Assembly (NCBI GenBank): GCA_011109175.1
Contig: RDEW01000039.1
Location: 1 to 64,000 of the forward strand
Length of the DNA: 64,000 bases
Direction: 5' to 3'
Source of the DNA: Dicyema japonicum
Taxonomy: Eukaryota; Animalia; Dicyemida
The notes under the pieces are model-generated. The model worked only from the letters and a program-made list of their open reading frames with translations, was not told the origin of the DNA and made no database searches. The translations under genes were made by a program, and so were the position numbers. Below, in pieces: positions 12,169 to 25,199 of the stretch. The first letter of the stretch is position 1, and each line of letters opens with the position of its first letter.

Positions 12169-12199
12169 GTATGATTGTTATTTTGTTAAATATTAGGGA

Positions 12200-14290
12200 C
12201 TACGTATTAGGACTACGGTTTCTCATGTAGTTTTACAGATATGTCTCTTAGTTTACAGTTGAATGTTTTGAATATGTCATTGAGGTTGATAGTCGTTTTT
12301 AATATTTTTTGAGGATTATAATCGGTGAAGAAAACGAGAATAAGATGTCTTCCGCATATATCATCAGCTTGGTCCTGACGTCTTGTGGTGACGGAAAATC
12401 TTCCATAAATATGTTGATTAACAGGGGGTCTAGAATAGATCCCTTGGCACTCCCCCTTTAAACGATATACCATCAGAATATCTTCCACCGACTAACACGT
12501 GAGATATCCTCCCAGTGAAATAGTCTTTCAACCATAGGAACATTTGTTTAGATATCTTAGATCGTACAAGTTGACAAAATAAGGCTTTGTGCCATCACTG
12601 AGATGTCAAGACAAACAAGGCTCAACTGGCTTTTCTTCTCAAATGTATTTGTAATTTCGTAGTTTAGTGAGTGAATAAATTTCCGCACGATCTTTCCGGA
12701 CGAAAACCCCATTGGTAAGGTCGTAGAAAGTTACTCTCTTCTATATACCGATTCAATCTCTTAAATAAAATCCGTTCCATAATATTTGATGTAGAACATA
12801 TAAGGCTTATTGGCCTATAACTAAGAGGATCCTTCCTCGACTTTCCAGGTTTGAGGATCATCTTCACAATAGAACGCTTCCATAACGGAGGAACATGTCC
12901 GAGCTTAAAACTCGAGTTACACACCTTTTGTAGAACAAATAGTAGTTCATCAGACCCTTCTTTAAACATAATCATGGTATACTATCGAATCCGGGAGCTT
13001 TGTTTTTGCACTCGCGTATAGCAGTTCTGACTTCTGCCAGAGTGATTTCCTCTATCAAACTTTCCAGATCCCCCATAAAGTAATCCATAGAATTAGATAT
13101 CTCCTCTGAAAATTTTTCAGGTATAATACTAACAGGGTCAACTCCCTGTATATTTTCCAGTTGTTTTCTGAATACTGAAGGTACTCTTTCCAAGGGAATT
13201 GTCCTTCCCTCTTGATAGGCCAGCACAATATTTTTTGCTTTTAAAATTCCATTAGTTATACATTTTCTAGAAACAAGGGTTCTTCCAGTTAACTTTCGAG
13301 GTTGCATTTTCCAATTTATTTTCGGCGTTTACTTTCCAAGCTTTTTGTAATATTTTTTGAATCACATCAATTTTACTTTTCAGAGTTTTCCTGTCCCACA
13401 AATCAACACATAGTATGTGCTTCGCCTTCAGAGTATTCCTCTTGCAAATAAGATTCCGTAATGAAGGTGGGCAAGAATGTTTGTTCTTCAGAAAGCTTTC
13501 GGAAAAGACCTTCTTTTCATATAGTCGTAGATACATCAGCATAGTGTTGGATAGTTCCCAGTTAAAATCGTCCAGCATTAGGTGTAGAAAAGGAATTAGT
13601 CTTCATTAGAATGGTCTTCGACAAATAATAGCGATGAAGTCCCCACTCTATTAACAAGGTATCAAAGTATAAGAAAATATTTTCAGCAATGTTCGGCTCC
13701 AGGTTTATAGTTACTTCCTAAGGGATATGATCACTCCCTATGTTCCGAAGTAATCTTGGTCCGTCTACATAATTCAGGAGTTGTGAAGACACTAGGACCA
13801 ATCCAAGCATGTCACTGCCATAGTGTGAGAAATGGTTAGGTTCCTCAGACGTCAAGACTTTAACTCAGATCTGCTAGGAGTTGCCCATCCCCGTTGTTTT
13901 TGTAACATCTGTAGCTCGTATTCTTAGCATTCAGGTCTCCTACCAAGATCGACATAGGGTTTGTTTTGAAAAATTGAACAATTTTCGCAGAAGATCGGGC
14001 CAAGTCCTTAGAGTATAGCCCTCCCACGCTTATCCATGTCCCTCCACATTGTATATCGACCACACGAATTCCGAATCGTCGGCCAATACAATACAGTCGT
14101 TCCGTGTTTGCAATTTTTTACGAAAAAATATTGAGGTTCCAGTTTCAGCCACTGCTCCATCTTTCCATGGAATGTCCACCGAGTCATAACAAAATATTAA
14201 TGAAAAAATTATTAAATATTTTTCCTTAAAAAGAGAATTAAAAAGATTTCGATGAAACAACTCCTGGACTGAGTAGGATGCCAAGTTTTT
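12200..14290 (-). mobile_element. I/Jockey-like LINE (APE + RT), frameshifted, truncated
   Basis: ORFs 13860-14063 (ILVGDLNAKN), 12972-13307 (KNKAPGFDSIP) and 12664-12975 (KPGK...SYRPISL..MERIL, QWGFRPERS); LGIYVDGPRLL/GSDHIP in broken frames. Confidence 0.85.
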
Positions 14291-14409
14291 ACTTGATCAG
14301 GTGGCGCTTTTAAAAAAGAGGACAGCCTGAAGTAAGCAGGATCACTCTGGTCTATGTCCGCTCTCTAAACAAGATTTAGAGCTGTTAGATCTTAACCAGC
14401 ACAGTATGT

Positions 14410-14600
14410 CTGGATATCCTAGTTATTAAAAATGGAGAAATGAGGGTACAAATATTCATGGTTACAATTGTGTTAATATTCCATGGCGACCTGGTACTCT
14501 TGTTGGTACAGGTACCTCAATTTTCTACAAGAAACATTTAAATACTCGAGAACGTGAAATTAGACGTAGAACTGATTCTGGATCTATAGTGGCAAGATGT
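14410..14600 (+). mobile_element. APE endonuclease fragment of the same I/Jockey-like family, opposite orientation
   Basis: GYNCVNIPWRPGTLVGTGTSIFYKKHLNTR parallels YDSVDIPWKDGAVAETGTSIFFRKKLQTR in the minus ORF 14030-14284. Confidence 0.6.
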
Positions 14601-14649
14601 TGTCGAAGAAATCGACGTTCGCGCAAGTAATCCTTTTGCACACTCTAAG

Positions 14650-15395
14650 GCAGTTTCATTTTTCAAGCGCGTAGACTATTGCTTAAAGAGTTTTGCACAC
14701 AAGTACCCACCAAAAGTTGAAGAGGAAATCTCACGTTTTTGAATATTGATCTATCACCGCAACAACAAAAAGCGTCCTTCGGTGGCTTAAAGCTTCAACA
14801 ACTTTCAATTTACTTTTTCGAAACTAAGTAGTTTAGTAGCATAATGGCTAGCAAGTTTTCAATTATCCTTTTGCTTTTCTGTATTGGAATTAATAATCCG
14901 ACCCCCACAGGTAGAGTGGAGGAGTTGGTAAAAGCGCAATTTTATCATAAAGGCAATAAGGTCCGTACTTTAGAAACTCAGGGTTAATAATATCCGGACC
15001 AATACTCCTATGATTCTTTAGTAATTAAACTCTCCAAAAGTCTTGGCCAGGGATTCTTAAATGCGGCCCCGACTTTGGATTTTGAAATTAATGAAGAATT
15101 TTTTTCTCTTCGTTCATTAAAAGGCTATACAAAAAATTGATGTTCTTAACGAATTCCTTGAAACTATTAAAGAGCATGACATTGATCCTTCGAAATTAAT
15201 CTATTTTTGTACTGATGGGGGCAGAATATGATTGGTCGTAATAAAAGGTTTCGTGGACTTTTTTTCTGAATGGAGACTTTAAAAAATCTTGATCCTATAT
15301 TTTGGCACCATTGTCTCATACATCAGGAGAATATAATAGCAAAGTCACTTAAAATGCAAAATGTAATAAGTATGGTGCTGTCTATTGGAGAAAAC
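14650..15395 (+). mobile_element. hAT (Buster/Charlie-type) transposase relic
   Basis: FEINEEFFSLRSLKG.T, KLIYFCTDG, IGRNK.F, HHCLIHQENIIAKSLKMQNVISMV (the hAT DG...CxxH core); frameshifted. Confidence 0.8.
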
Positions 15396-15589
15396 TCCTT
15401 AACTCTTTTGTTAGTAAATCGTTATTGTTATTGTTGAAATGATGCAGAATTGTCCTTAGCCTTCTCAGGCTTAAGGATTGGGCGTATGTAGGACAGTTTC
15501 CATATAGTTGGAGTTGTATTCTTGTTTATTTTTCAACATTTCATCAGACATTATGTTCAAGCAGAAAGCCAGATATCGAAAAAAGTATT

Positions 15590-18500
15590 ATTATTACAGC
15601 ACTTATCGCCTTGCCATAATAGTTATAGCAAAGCATGTGCAATACCAGAAACAATGTTATTAGTTAGCCTCTTCCATCCTCCACGGTTACACGCAGTCGA
15701 TCTCAGCATGTTTAGATCGTCTCCCGTCTTTAGGCATTTCTTCATTCTTTGGAGGTCTTTGTGCAGCATGATAGGTAGGGTCATCCTTGGTCTGTCACGG
15801 AAGCATTTGCCCTCGAACATGAAATGGTCCTCCATCGCCACATTAGCCGGGGCAGCAAGATCCATGCGTAGTACGTGACCAAACAGTCTCCACCGGGCTT
15901 CAGTGATTTCCAGGCTTAGAGGCCTACTCTTGCATTTTTTGTAAATACCGGTATTCGAGATTCTGGCTGGCCACTGCATGCCAAATAATACTCTAAGCTG
16001 TTTTCTGTGGAACCCATCGAGAGCCATTGATTCCGCACCTGTACAGGCCCAAGTACCAGCATTGTATGTCAGTATCGGTTTCACAAATGCATTGTACATG
16101 CGTATCCGCAGATTGACATCTAGTCCTTTCAGCCATCCCTTTTTGAGTTTTCGCATTGCTACTCCTGCAAGTGTTTTCCTTTTGATGATGTCTTCTGTGT
16201 CCCCCAGTAGGGATCCAAGCTTATTAACATGTCGCCAACGTTCATTAAGGATGTTGTCCATTCTTTTGATTTCCGTGATTTCCGTTTTGGCCCGGTTAAC
16301 GATGAGGAACCATTCCCCCAGTTTGTCCGGTGCATTTTCCAGCAGATGTGTGAGAGCTTCTGTATCCTCGGATATAAAATCCACATCATCCGCGTATACG
16401 ACTTCGTTTATTTTTCCTTCATAGCAAGTTCTTAGATCCTTTAGTGCAGCTTCGAGATATATCACAAATAGTAAGGGGGAGAGGGAGTCTCCCTGAGGAG
16501 TGCCGATTGTAGTTTTGAATGGTCGGGATAGAGTTCTCCCAATTCGGACTGACAGTTCAGTACTTGAGAGAAGTACTCTGATTATCCGTAGCAATGATTG
16601 GTCCACAAATTGATGAAGGACAACCATTAGCTTGTGTCGGCTAATGGTGTCGAAAGCTCTTGACATATCGATCCCCAGGATGGTCGTGGCATTTTTGTAT
16701 CTTTGAGCCGTTGCACACCGCCACCTGTGGCTCCACAGAATGTCCGCTGTCGACCTTCCTTCACGAAATCCACTATGGCATGCTGATAGGTAATTTCCTG
16801 CAGGATGTTTTAAGCGGTCCAAAGCAACAGATGCAAGAACTTTTCGTAATGTGTTTAACAATATGACTGGGCGTAGGCTTTCTAGTGGTCCCTTTGGTTT
16901 GTTAGGCTTTTGTATAGGTATCAATGTCCCTTTCCCCAGTGGTAGGACAGAGTTGGATGTAAACATTCCATTTAACAATGTCGCAATGGTTTCGAATAGA
17001 CGCATAGGTCCATATTTCAGCAGTTCGGGAGGGATGTTGTCTGGTCCAGCGCTCCTGTGATTCTTTAGCTTACTGCACGCACTCTGAACTTCCTTAGATG
17101 TGATAATTGTTTCCAGCATCCGCGGTTCTCCGATGAAAGGGGCCAGTTCTTGGCCGTTCGCATTGAACAGTTTTTCAAAATGGGCAGCAATCAATTCGAT
17201 CTGTTCGTCTGGTTTTAAGATAAGTTTCCCCTTCCCATCCATAACATGTACTGTCGCTTTTTTCTTTCCTCGCATTAGTCGGACTGCAGCGAACATTTGT
17301 GCATTGTCCTTTAGTTGCTCCAGCTCTCTAAGATGTGATAGGAAGACATCCTTCGAGTGTTCATTATTAAGCTTCATGATTCTTCTCTTGATAATATTTC
17401 GTTCAGTTCGTAGTTTGTTTTTGATATGTATATCCGTCGTGTTTAGACTCTGTATCCATATTTCTCGTTGTTGTTTTGCCAGTAATAAGGAGTCTGGATG
17501 GCCAAGTGACATATTTCCGGTTGTCTGCCGTCTCACTCCAAGGTGGGTGTTTGCGGCAAGGCAAATAATGCTTTTGGTCTGATCCCATAGGTCTTGTATA
17601 GTCATATTAGCTGGTAATGTATATAGGTGGTTCTCTATATGTTTTTGGTAGTTTGTCACCAGCAGCGGCTGAGACCAGAGCTTCTCAGTCATATATACAT
17701 GGGTATGGTAAGGTGGTAGCGTTTTGCTTAGACTCAGGTTCTTCCTCCAATGTAGTATTTCTTCAAGGAGAACTTGCCAATAACCATTTTATGGTCACTA
17801 TTTATCATCGACCCTCCATAAGAACGGGCATCATTCAGTAGGTGTTTGTCCTTGGTCCGACAAATGATGTAATCAATTTGATTATAAATATTGACACTTT
17901 TGTTTTCCGAGTTCGTTCTATGGCCAGTCCATGTGCTCCTGTGGCGAGCTGGGTGCATAAAGGCAGTGTTTCCTATGAAAAGATCATTCGCTTGACAGAA
18001 ATTGGCCAGTAGTGTTCCCGGGGTGTTTCTCCACCCCCGTCCATGCCTGCCGATGAACGATTCCTCTCCACTGCGTCGCATCCCAACTTTAGCGTTAAAG
18101 TCCCCGGCAATAAATATCAACGACGAAGATTCGTATTCCGAGTACGTCCTCAATAGTTGACAGTAGAAGTCATCCAGTTCCTCAGGATTTTTCAAAAATC
18201 TGCCACTATGTGGAGCATACACGTTAATGACTGTCATGTAGCTTTTGGAAGGGCACATGTCATTCATCCTAATTTGCAGAACACTAATCCTGTCGTTGAC
18301 TTTCCAAAATTGATGTATCCGTGGTACAAGATGTTCATGGACTGCGAAACCTTGTCCGTAATGTTTAGACTCACTAGGGAAGAGAATAAGTTTATAGGCA
18401 CCGTAGTGTTCACAGCCTCCATCCGAAACCTTCGTTTCTTGGAGGTATCCAATAGAGATATGGTATTTCTTTAAATCGTCACAAAGTGTTTTCCTCATCC

Positions 18501-18609
18501 ATGTCTTCGAGATCCCCCTGACATTAAACGTGAGCAGGTTGAACATATCCCATTGAATCTTGTATTTTTCAGACTGCATTTAAAGAGCCACGTCACTAAC
18601 TCAACCACA
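15590..18609 (-). mobile_element. Near-complete RTE-clade LINE (APE-RT) with 11-bp TSD
   Basis: APE ORF 17734-18579 (TFNVRG, LQETK, YAP, GDFNAKVG, QIDYI, SDH) and RT ORF 15623-17692 (GPDNIP, RPVILL, IDMSRAFD, GTPQGDSLSP, YADD), split by one frameshift; (TAA)n tail; TSD AAAAAAGTATT at 15579-15589 and 18610-18620. Confidence 0.95.
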
Positions 18610-18697
18610 AAAAAAGTATTTATTTCATAAAAAAACAGGTTATAATAAAAAATTTAGAAAACTCAAATAAATATAAAAATAAATAATATTTAAATAT

Positions 18698-20755
18698 ATG
18701 TCACAAATATATTTAAGTGATAAAATGGAAACGCCTTCATTATACGGATTGTGCATTAATAATATTCGAGCAAACATTGATGAACCAAAAAATATAAAAT
18801 TAAGCGATAAATCTAAGAAAATGATGTCCAAAAGAATCCTTAATGAACTAAAATATTTGATTCCTCACTCTAAGAGAGATCAACCATGTTTTGATAGAAT
18901 TTCAGGTGTAACACAGAAGGACATTTTTACGTTGAATTGACAAATAAAAATGTTGACATTAAAGATGTCGTTAAAATGATTCAAGTTTATCCAAATTTAT
19001 CAAATATAACAATAAGGAAAATAGTTTCATCAGAAAACAATCCGTCACTGCCATTTTATCCGAATAACGTCAAATCACTAACAATTCGGTTTCATGATGA
19101 CCCAGATTTGCTACATCACCTATTTATGACTGGATTTAGAAAAATAGCATCCCTCAACCTCCATAGCGACGACATACCGACAACTATTTATAGCAGTACT
19201 ATAAAAATAATTGAAAAATTGGAACGCATAAATTTTCACGACGTCTTAATAACAGATTTAAACGAATTCACACAAAGCTTAAACAGGCCAGAATCTTTGA
19301 GGTTGGTTTCTCTCAAATTTAGACAATTTATACATACAAGTGGTGGATATTTAAAAGGATACGATTGTGATTTCATTACTATTTTTGAAAAAGCCGAGAA
19401 TCTTACTTACCTAAATTTAACCGGATATTTTATTCAAAGAAAAACATTAAGAAAGCTGACCGAGTAAATGATTTTAATAATTCCAGGCAAACGTCAAAAA
19501 GGGGGTTTAAGAAATTTCGCAGTCTTAATATTTTACATTTTAGCAAAAATATAGCCGAATCTGTATTTTTATAAAACAATGTAGAATGATCCGGAATCAA
19601 TTTTAAATAACAAAGTCTTGTCTGTCTTACATTTTGATTATAAATATGAACTATTCACGAAAACCATTAATAAGATTTCTAAAATGGATTTCAAACCCAA
19701 AATTAAAGATAAATTATTAAAGCCATTTTTGAAAGTTTTTTTTGAATATAGAATTAGCTTATTTACAAGTACATGGATTATGATAAGAGTCATCAATATT
19801 CTATCATGTAATTTAAATTTAAATTTCAGAACAATTCTAACAAAAATAATCAAAAGCCAGCCGATTTCGTATGACAATAGTTGGTATGGGGAAATTTTAT
19901 CTATAGCTATATTTGCGATACTTTCCTTGAGATTATTACAGGCGTCAATGAAAATATATAAACCAGAATGTATCGGATTTTTAAATTTTAGGATTGTCGT
20001 GATTATATTTTGTTTTTGTCCCTTTTTAAACCATGGGAGGGGTCTGTTTTTGTATGCTAATGCTCATTTTAGTTTCCTGCATTGGAAATCATGTTAATAA
20101 AACTTCCTTTCTGGTACAGCGCCATAAATAATACGATTGGCTGCAACTCTATCATGAAAAATATGAGTATTGATTTTCTTGCCTACCTTGGCCATTCTGG
20201 AGGACTCGTCAAAGTTGAAAAGATAATCTAATTTTAGATTTGTCTTGAACATTTTATAATAAAACACTGGAATAATACGCGCTATTTTACACTGTTGAAA
20301 TATCTTTTAGGTATTTAAAATATATTTTGTTAGAGGAAAATGAAACGAATGTCAATTTGTTTGTTGATCTTAATGGAATTTATTATATTTATTATTTTCT
20401 CGAAAGATTAACAGAATATCCGCCTTACAACGATCATATATTTATTCCTGTTATTAAAATTGTGGAAAATTGCTAAATGTTCAAACACTAGACATTTTAT
20501 CAGGACATATGGTATAATAGATTATATATTGTAAAATTGTTTCTTATTAAAAGGGACATGGATTGCACAAACTACTCTAATGAAGTAAGCTTCTCGATTT
20601 TTAGATGTATCTGCCAGTTTTTAAGCGATCCAAACGATATTTTGCCTACGTATATAAATTCGGATTTTAGTGATTTAAATCCACGTGAACTTATTTTAAA
20701 CAAAATTATTAAATTTATAAATTTAAAGTGCTATCAAGTCAAACAGCGATATTGA
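18698..20755 (+). pseudogene. Apparently intronless ZYG-11/ZER1-like gene (BC/VHL box + LRR + ARM-like C-terminus), disrupted
   Basis: N-terminal ETPSLYGLCINNI resembles the ZYG11/ZER1 BC box; LRR-like segments (IASLNL, LTYLNLTG); C-terminal ENETNVNLFVDLNG and EVSFSIFRCICQFLSD resemble the ZER1 ARM region; frameshifts and stops at about 18940, 19465 and beyond. Confidence 0.5.
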
Positions 20756-21699
20756 TTTGAGGTTATTTCCCATTTTCTATTTCAAGGTCATTGAAATCAA
20801 CAATAAATTTATTGAATGTACACACAGACGAACGACTTTGGCTTTGGGCAGTCTGGGAATGTGCTAATTTAACACGACAATATTGTTATTTTTTATTTTT
20901 ATAATAGCACGTGATATTATTGATATGTTTATTTCTCATAACATGACTAATAAAATCGAGAATGTATGTTTACTCTCCGATATGAAAAATATCCATCACT
21001 ATGCTAAGTTGTTTCTGTCAAATTACAATGTTGTCATTTTTTATAATTTTAGAGTTACTTAAATAAATATCATTAAATTTAATACATTTTTGAGTTTTTT
21101 TTAAATAGAAAATAATTTATTAAAAAACAAGACAATCAAAATAATTTAGCTGATGGAATGACTGTTTCCCCTTACAACTGCTAGAGAAATCCTTTGAACA
21201 ACCATTCAGTTTCCCGACGCTCATTTCTAGTTTTCGGAATCATTAAGAAAAGAGACCGTCTTAGCCCAAATTTGTGATTGATCTCTATATTAACAATATT
21301 ACTGATAATTGTTGGAGTTACTTATTTCGTATGTAAGATTAATCATATTTACTCAGAGTTACTTATTCGTAGCACTGTCATAGCAGCTTTTCTCAGATAG
21401 GCAGTTGATTTTCTTTCCAATCAGGACTCTAAACACTCCTTAATTGAGATATTCATTCCAAAAAGTAGTTTCTATTCAAATTTTTAAAATGAATCTTTTT
21501 TGTAGGCGAACGTTTTGTTCGAAGAAGAGACTTCTTTTTACATTTTGGAAGTTTTATTCTTCCAGGCAAATTTTACATTATAAATTTCAGAGTTCTGACA
21601 CATCACAGGAATTATTCTTGGTACGAATCTCAATGCATGGTTCCGATTGTAACCTTGAAAGTATTTTAACTCTTAGATAGACTTACCAGTTCTTAGTTT

Positions 21700-23200
21700 T
21701 TCACTAATCTAGACTATGGCGACAGACCATCCATTCGTCGGGATTCGAATAAATCTTTCAGGAAGAGTTTGACAACCTCGCTAGCCAATTCCACTCTGTC
21801 AAATGAGTTACCACCAATCATGGCTTTCAGAGCTTTTAGTTTGACGCTTTTAGTTGAATACGATGCAATCTCATAGACATAACGCAGTTCCTGAGGCAGA
21901 CATTCCTCTCCATCTGTATTTTATGAATGCTCGTAGAATGTGTTCCGTTAAGCTCTCTAGAAATACAAATTTCAATTTCCTGTTATTTTTAAGCAAAATT
22001 TCAAATGCTAAGGTGAAAAATTGGTTGTATGTTGCCATGCGACCACTTGATTGGCCTTGAATTTGAAGGGTTTCTGATTCCAAGTCAAGATGTTCAATGG
22101 GGGTTGATTGAGAAATCCAGCAATTGTTCTGAGTGCGGCGTTTCAATGATTTTTTTAGTTTTTAGACAGAATTGTTAAAGATACAACTTACATAGTAAAT
22201 TGTGGTTCGAAGAATTATTTATGATGGTTAGGCCCTTTTTGATTTGGCAGAAAAAATGGCTTAATACAGCTTTATTATTTGACTTTGCGAGAGGTCTTTG
22301 TGTTTTTGTTCCTCCACATGTTTTGAACGATACTAAAAGTGTTTTGGCATCTTTCGGAAGTGATTCCCAATTAATTGTTATAATTAATTAAAAATTTAGC
22401 TGGCGGAGGTTGAATGTGAATAGTGGCGATTGATTTTAACGTGAGTCGAGAAGGATGATTATCTTTAGACACTCTCATTTTGCCATAATGTTAAATTCGG
22501 CTGTTATTAATAGAACAGAAATGATTCCATGTTTGCTTTAGGGCCATGTAGGCCCACGTGCTTCAAGAAGAGAACGCAGATTAAGTCAGTCCTTTGGCAG
22601 GAGATTTTTTGAGTTTTTGATAAGGTTTTGTACATCAGTGGTGCTGATTACAATAATATCTGACTGAAGAGCGAAATCACGTGGGGATAAATTGTGGCCA
22701 ATACCGGTAGCGTGGGTTGTTTCCATTCTATTTTGTGTCGACTGAATTACCCAGGAACCCTTAGGTTTGTCGTTAATTAAATTTCGAGATGAAGTTGTTC
22801 AATCGTTCTACTTTTTTTCAAATCAGTAATTTCACCTTTTCAGCACGATAGTTCCGCCACAAGGATTCTTTATTTCTTTAGTCGGTGTCTTGTATGAATA
22901 TTTTCGATAATTACCAGAGATATCGAGATTATTGTATTTAATGAGGCATCTTTGAATGTGATTTTTGTTGGGAATAAGGATAACTTCGTTGGAAATTTGC
23001 ATAGACATCGAAGGATTTGAAGTTTTCCAAGGAAAACTTGGCCAGCAATTTTTCAGTTTCTTTTGAATCGGTCAGAGGAAGGATTGAAGTGTTCCACTCT
23101 TGAAGCTGTTTCAGTGTGCGAGTTTTTGTCATTGGGGATGACTAGTTGTTCAAGTTTTGACCATTCAGCCAGTGAATCTTGATGTTTGGGTCTCCGCAGA
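21700..23200 (-). mobile_element. Highly decayed non-LTR RT relic
   Basis: Scattered motifs such as NAALRTIAG..QPPLNIL (RT C-terminal region); no long ORF. Confidence 0.35.
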
Positions 23201-23229
23201 TGTTTTGGCTTTCTCAGTAATAATTTAAT

Positions 23230-23719
23230 CGTTCAAAATGGATCCTTTAACATCCATTGAATTAACCCAAAAAATCGTATCATAATCGATTTCACTAAAC
23301 TTTAAATATTCTTTGCGAGAAATGTCAGATCGTAAGTTATTCAACATATTTTCAGATCCTCTTTTACTTCTCAAATCATCAATAGATCTAAGAGAAATAA
23401 GTGCATTATATTTTTTGGAAAAAATTTCTGAAAATTTTTATCGAAGATAATTCAATATTCGATTCAATAAACTTAAAAATTGCAATTTTTTGTTTGCTTT
23501 TAATCGTGTACAGTTACGCTTCATGAAAACAACAATAAACAATGACAACGTGTTGATAAGTTAATTATTTACCTATAAAATTATTTTAAAAATTATTTAA
23601 AAATAAGAGACATTGTGAATTCATGGCGGATAGTTGACGGATTCGAGAAATTTTGTTTGAAAAAATGGCGGATTCGAGTATTTATTAGTTATAATTGGCG
23701 GATTCGAGAGACTTTACTG
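23230..23719 (-). mobile_element. pogo/Tigger-like element left end: TIR, subterminal repeats and N-terminal HTH
   Basis: TA|CAGTAAAGTCTCTCGAATCCGCC terminus with three (G)GCGGATTCGAG-like subterminal repeats; ORF fragment TIKSKQKIAIFKF..SIKISEIF..ISLRSIDDL..FSEIDYDTIFW resembles psq/CENP-B HTH. Confidence 0.55.
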
Positions 23720-24904
23720 TATTTTAAAATAAAAAATGTTACCGTCGATACCCTGGACACTTGCCAAAATAATTATTTTTTAATTTTTTCAAGTTAATTT
23801 TTAAGTCCTAATTAAATGTAATTAAATCTAAAAAATAAGAAAACTACTATTTATTTTTTAGCCTTATCAGCAAAACCAACCATTCCTAATTCGATGAAAA
23901 TTTCTATTACTTTTTAGTTCAATAAAATTTTTATAATAATATTCGACAGCTTCAAACCAACTTCCCCTTATAATTAATTAAATTAAAATATCCAAAGAAC
24001 AAGGGTAAATCCAAACTAATTTCTTGATCTTGACCCTTATCCAAGCAAATGATCCAGAAGACATTGTCCGGGAACCTAAGGACGATTCTAGAACTCGTCC
24101 TACAAAACGAAATTGTCTACTGGTGGAATGAATAGGTGGATTTTTTTCATTCCCGGATCGGTATTGGGAGTCTCCTGAGTAAGATGGATTCGATGACGCC
24201 ACCTGAAAAAATGAAGAAAAATTTTCAATCAAAACCACATGGGAATTTCCTATTCTGGTCAGAATTATTTTTATTTTGATTGTGACATCCCTAACAGAAG
24301 AAATAAGATCAATATCTATAAAATATCCTTGTAAAACCCAAGTTATGTAAATTTGTATATAAAACCAGAATTCATCTCCGATTATCAGCTTCGTCAATCA
24401 AAGCTATAGCTTTTTCGCTTCTAAAATAAATGAAAATAAAACATCAAAAGTAGCTTCTGTAAGTTGCCTATGGCATAAATTTACAGCAGTTTTCATCAAA
24501 CGTAGGCGAAGGAAGATGATGCCAATACCCTCAAAAAAGTCTTGTAAATTTTGATTGTTCAACTTATGCAGGGAAATCAGATTCGACAACGCCTCAGTAA
24601 CCTTATAGAACCAAGAATCGGTTTATGAGATGAGAAAATTATATTTTACTGTGGCGCATACGAATCAATAATAAAAATGATTCATATGTTAGTTTGAGAT
24701 TTTTCCTATACGAATTATTGAGTAAAAACTGTTTTCTAGTTACAAATGTGTCCCATAAGTTGCACATCAAATCCAAACTAGCAACGATATTTTCTAACAA
24801 CCTTTTCAATGACCTTCTTGGTATAACAATTGATGAGACGTTCTATTTATTCAAAAACTCGAAAAATTAAAAAAATTAAATTTAAACTTTATTGACCTGA
24901 TCAC

Positions 24905-25022
24905 CACTGCATTTTGGAGCCGACTAATCTCACCCGAGATCATGACCCCCGATGGGATGACAACATTCATTTTTGCTAATTGTCGGAACCTGGTTTGGGA
25001 CGCTACGTGTGTTGATGCATGC
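24905..25022 (+). mobile_element. CRE-like RLE fragment
   Basis: ILEPTNL.R..DGMTTF...RNLVWDATCVDA. Confidence 0.65.
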
Positions 25023-25199
25023 AACCAAAAAAATTATGTTAAAATAAACATCAATCATCACAAAATCGTAATTACTATTTTTGAGTCACGTCAAAAATAA
25101 ATGAGGTTTTAATAGAGAAGTTGCATGATTTTATTCGCCTAGGAAATTGTCTGGTCCCTTTCTGAAGGAGTGTGATTTATATTATCTTCTCTGCACTGA

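Noticed and set aside
17692-17760. Programmed frameshift or two-ORF organisation of the RTE element
   Set aside because: RTE elements encode one APE-RT ORF; no slippery heptamer is evident, and a single indel matches the local background
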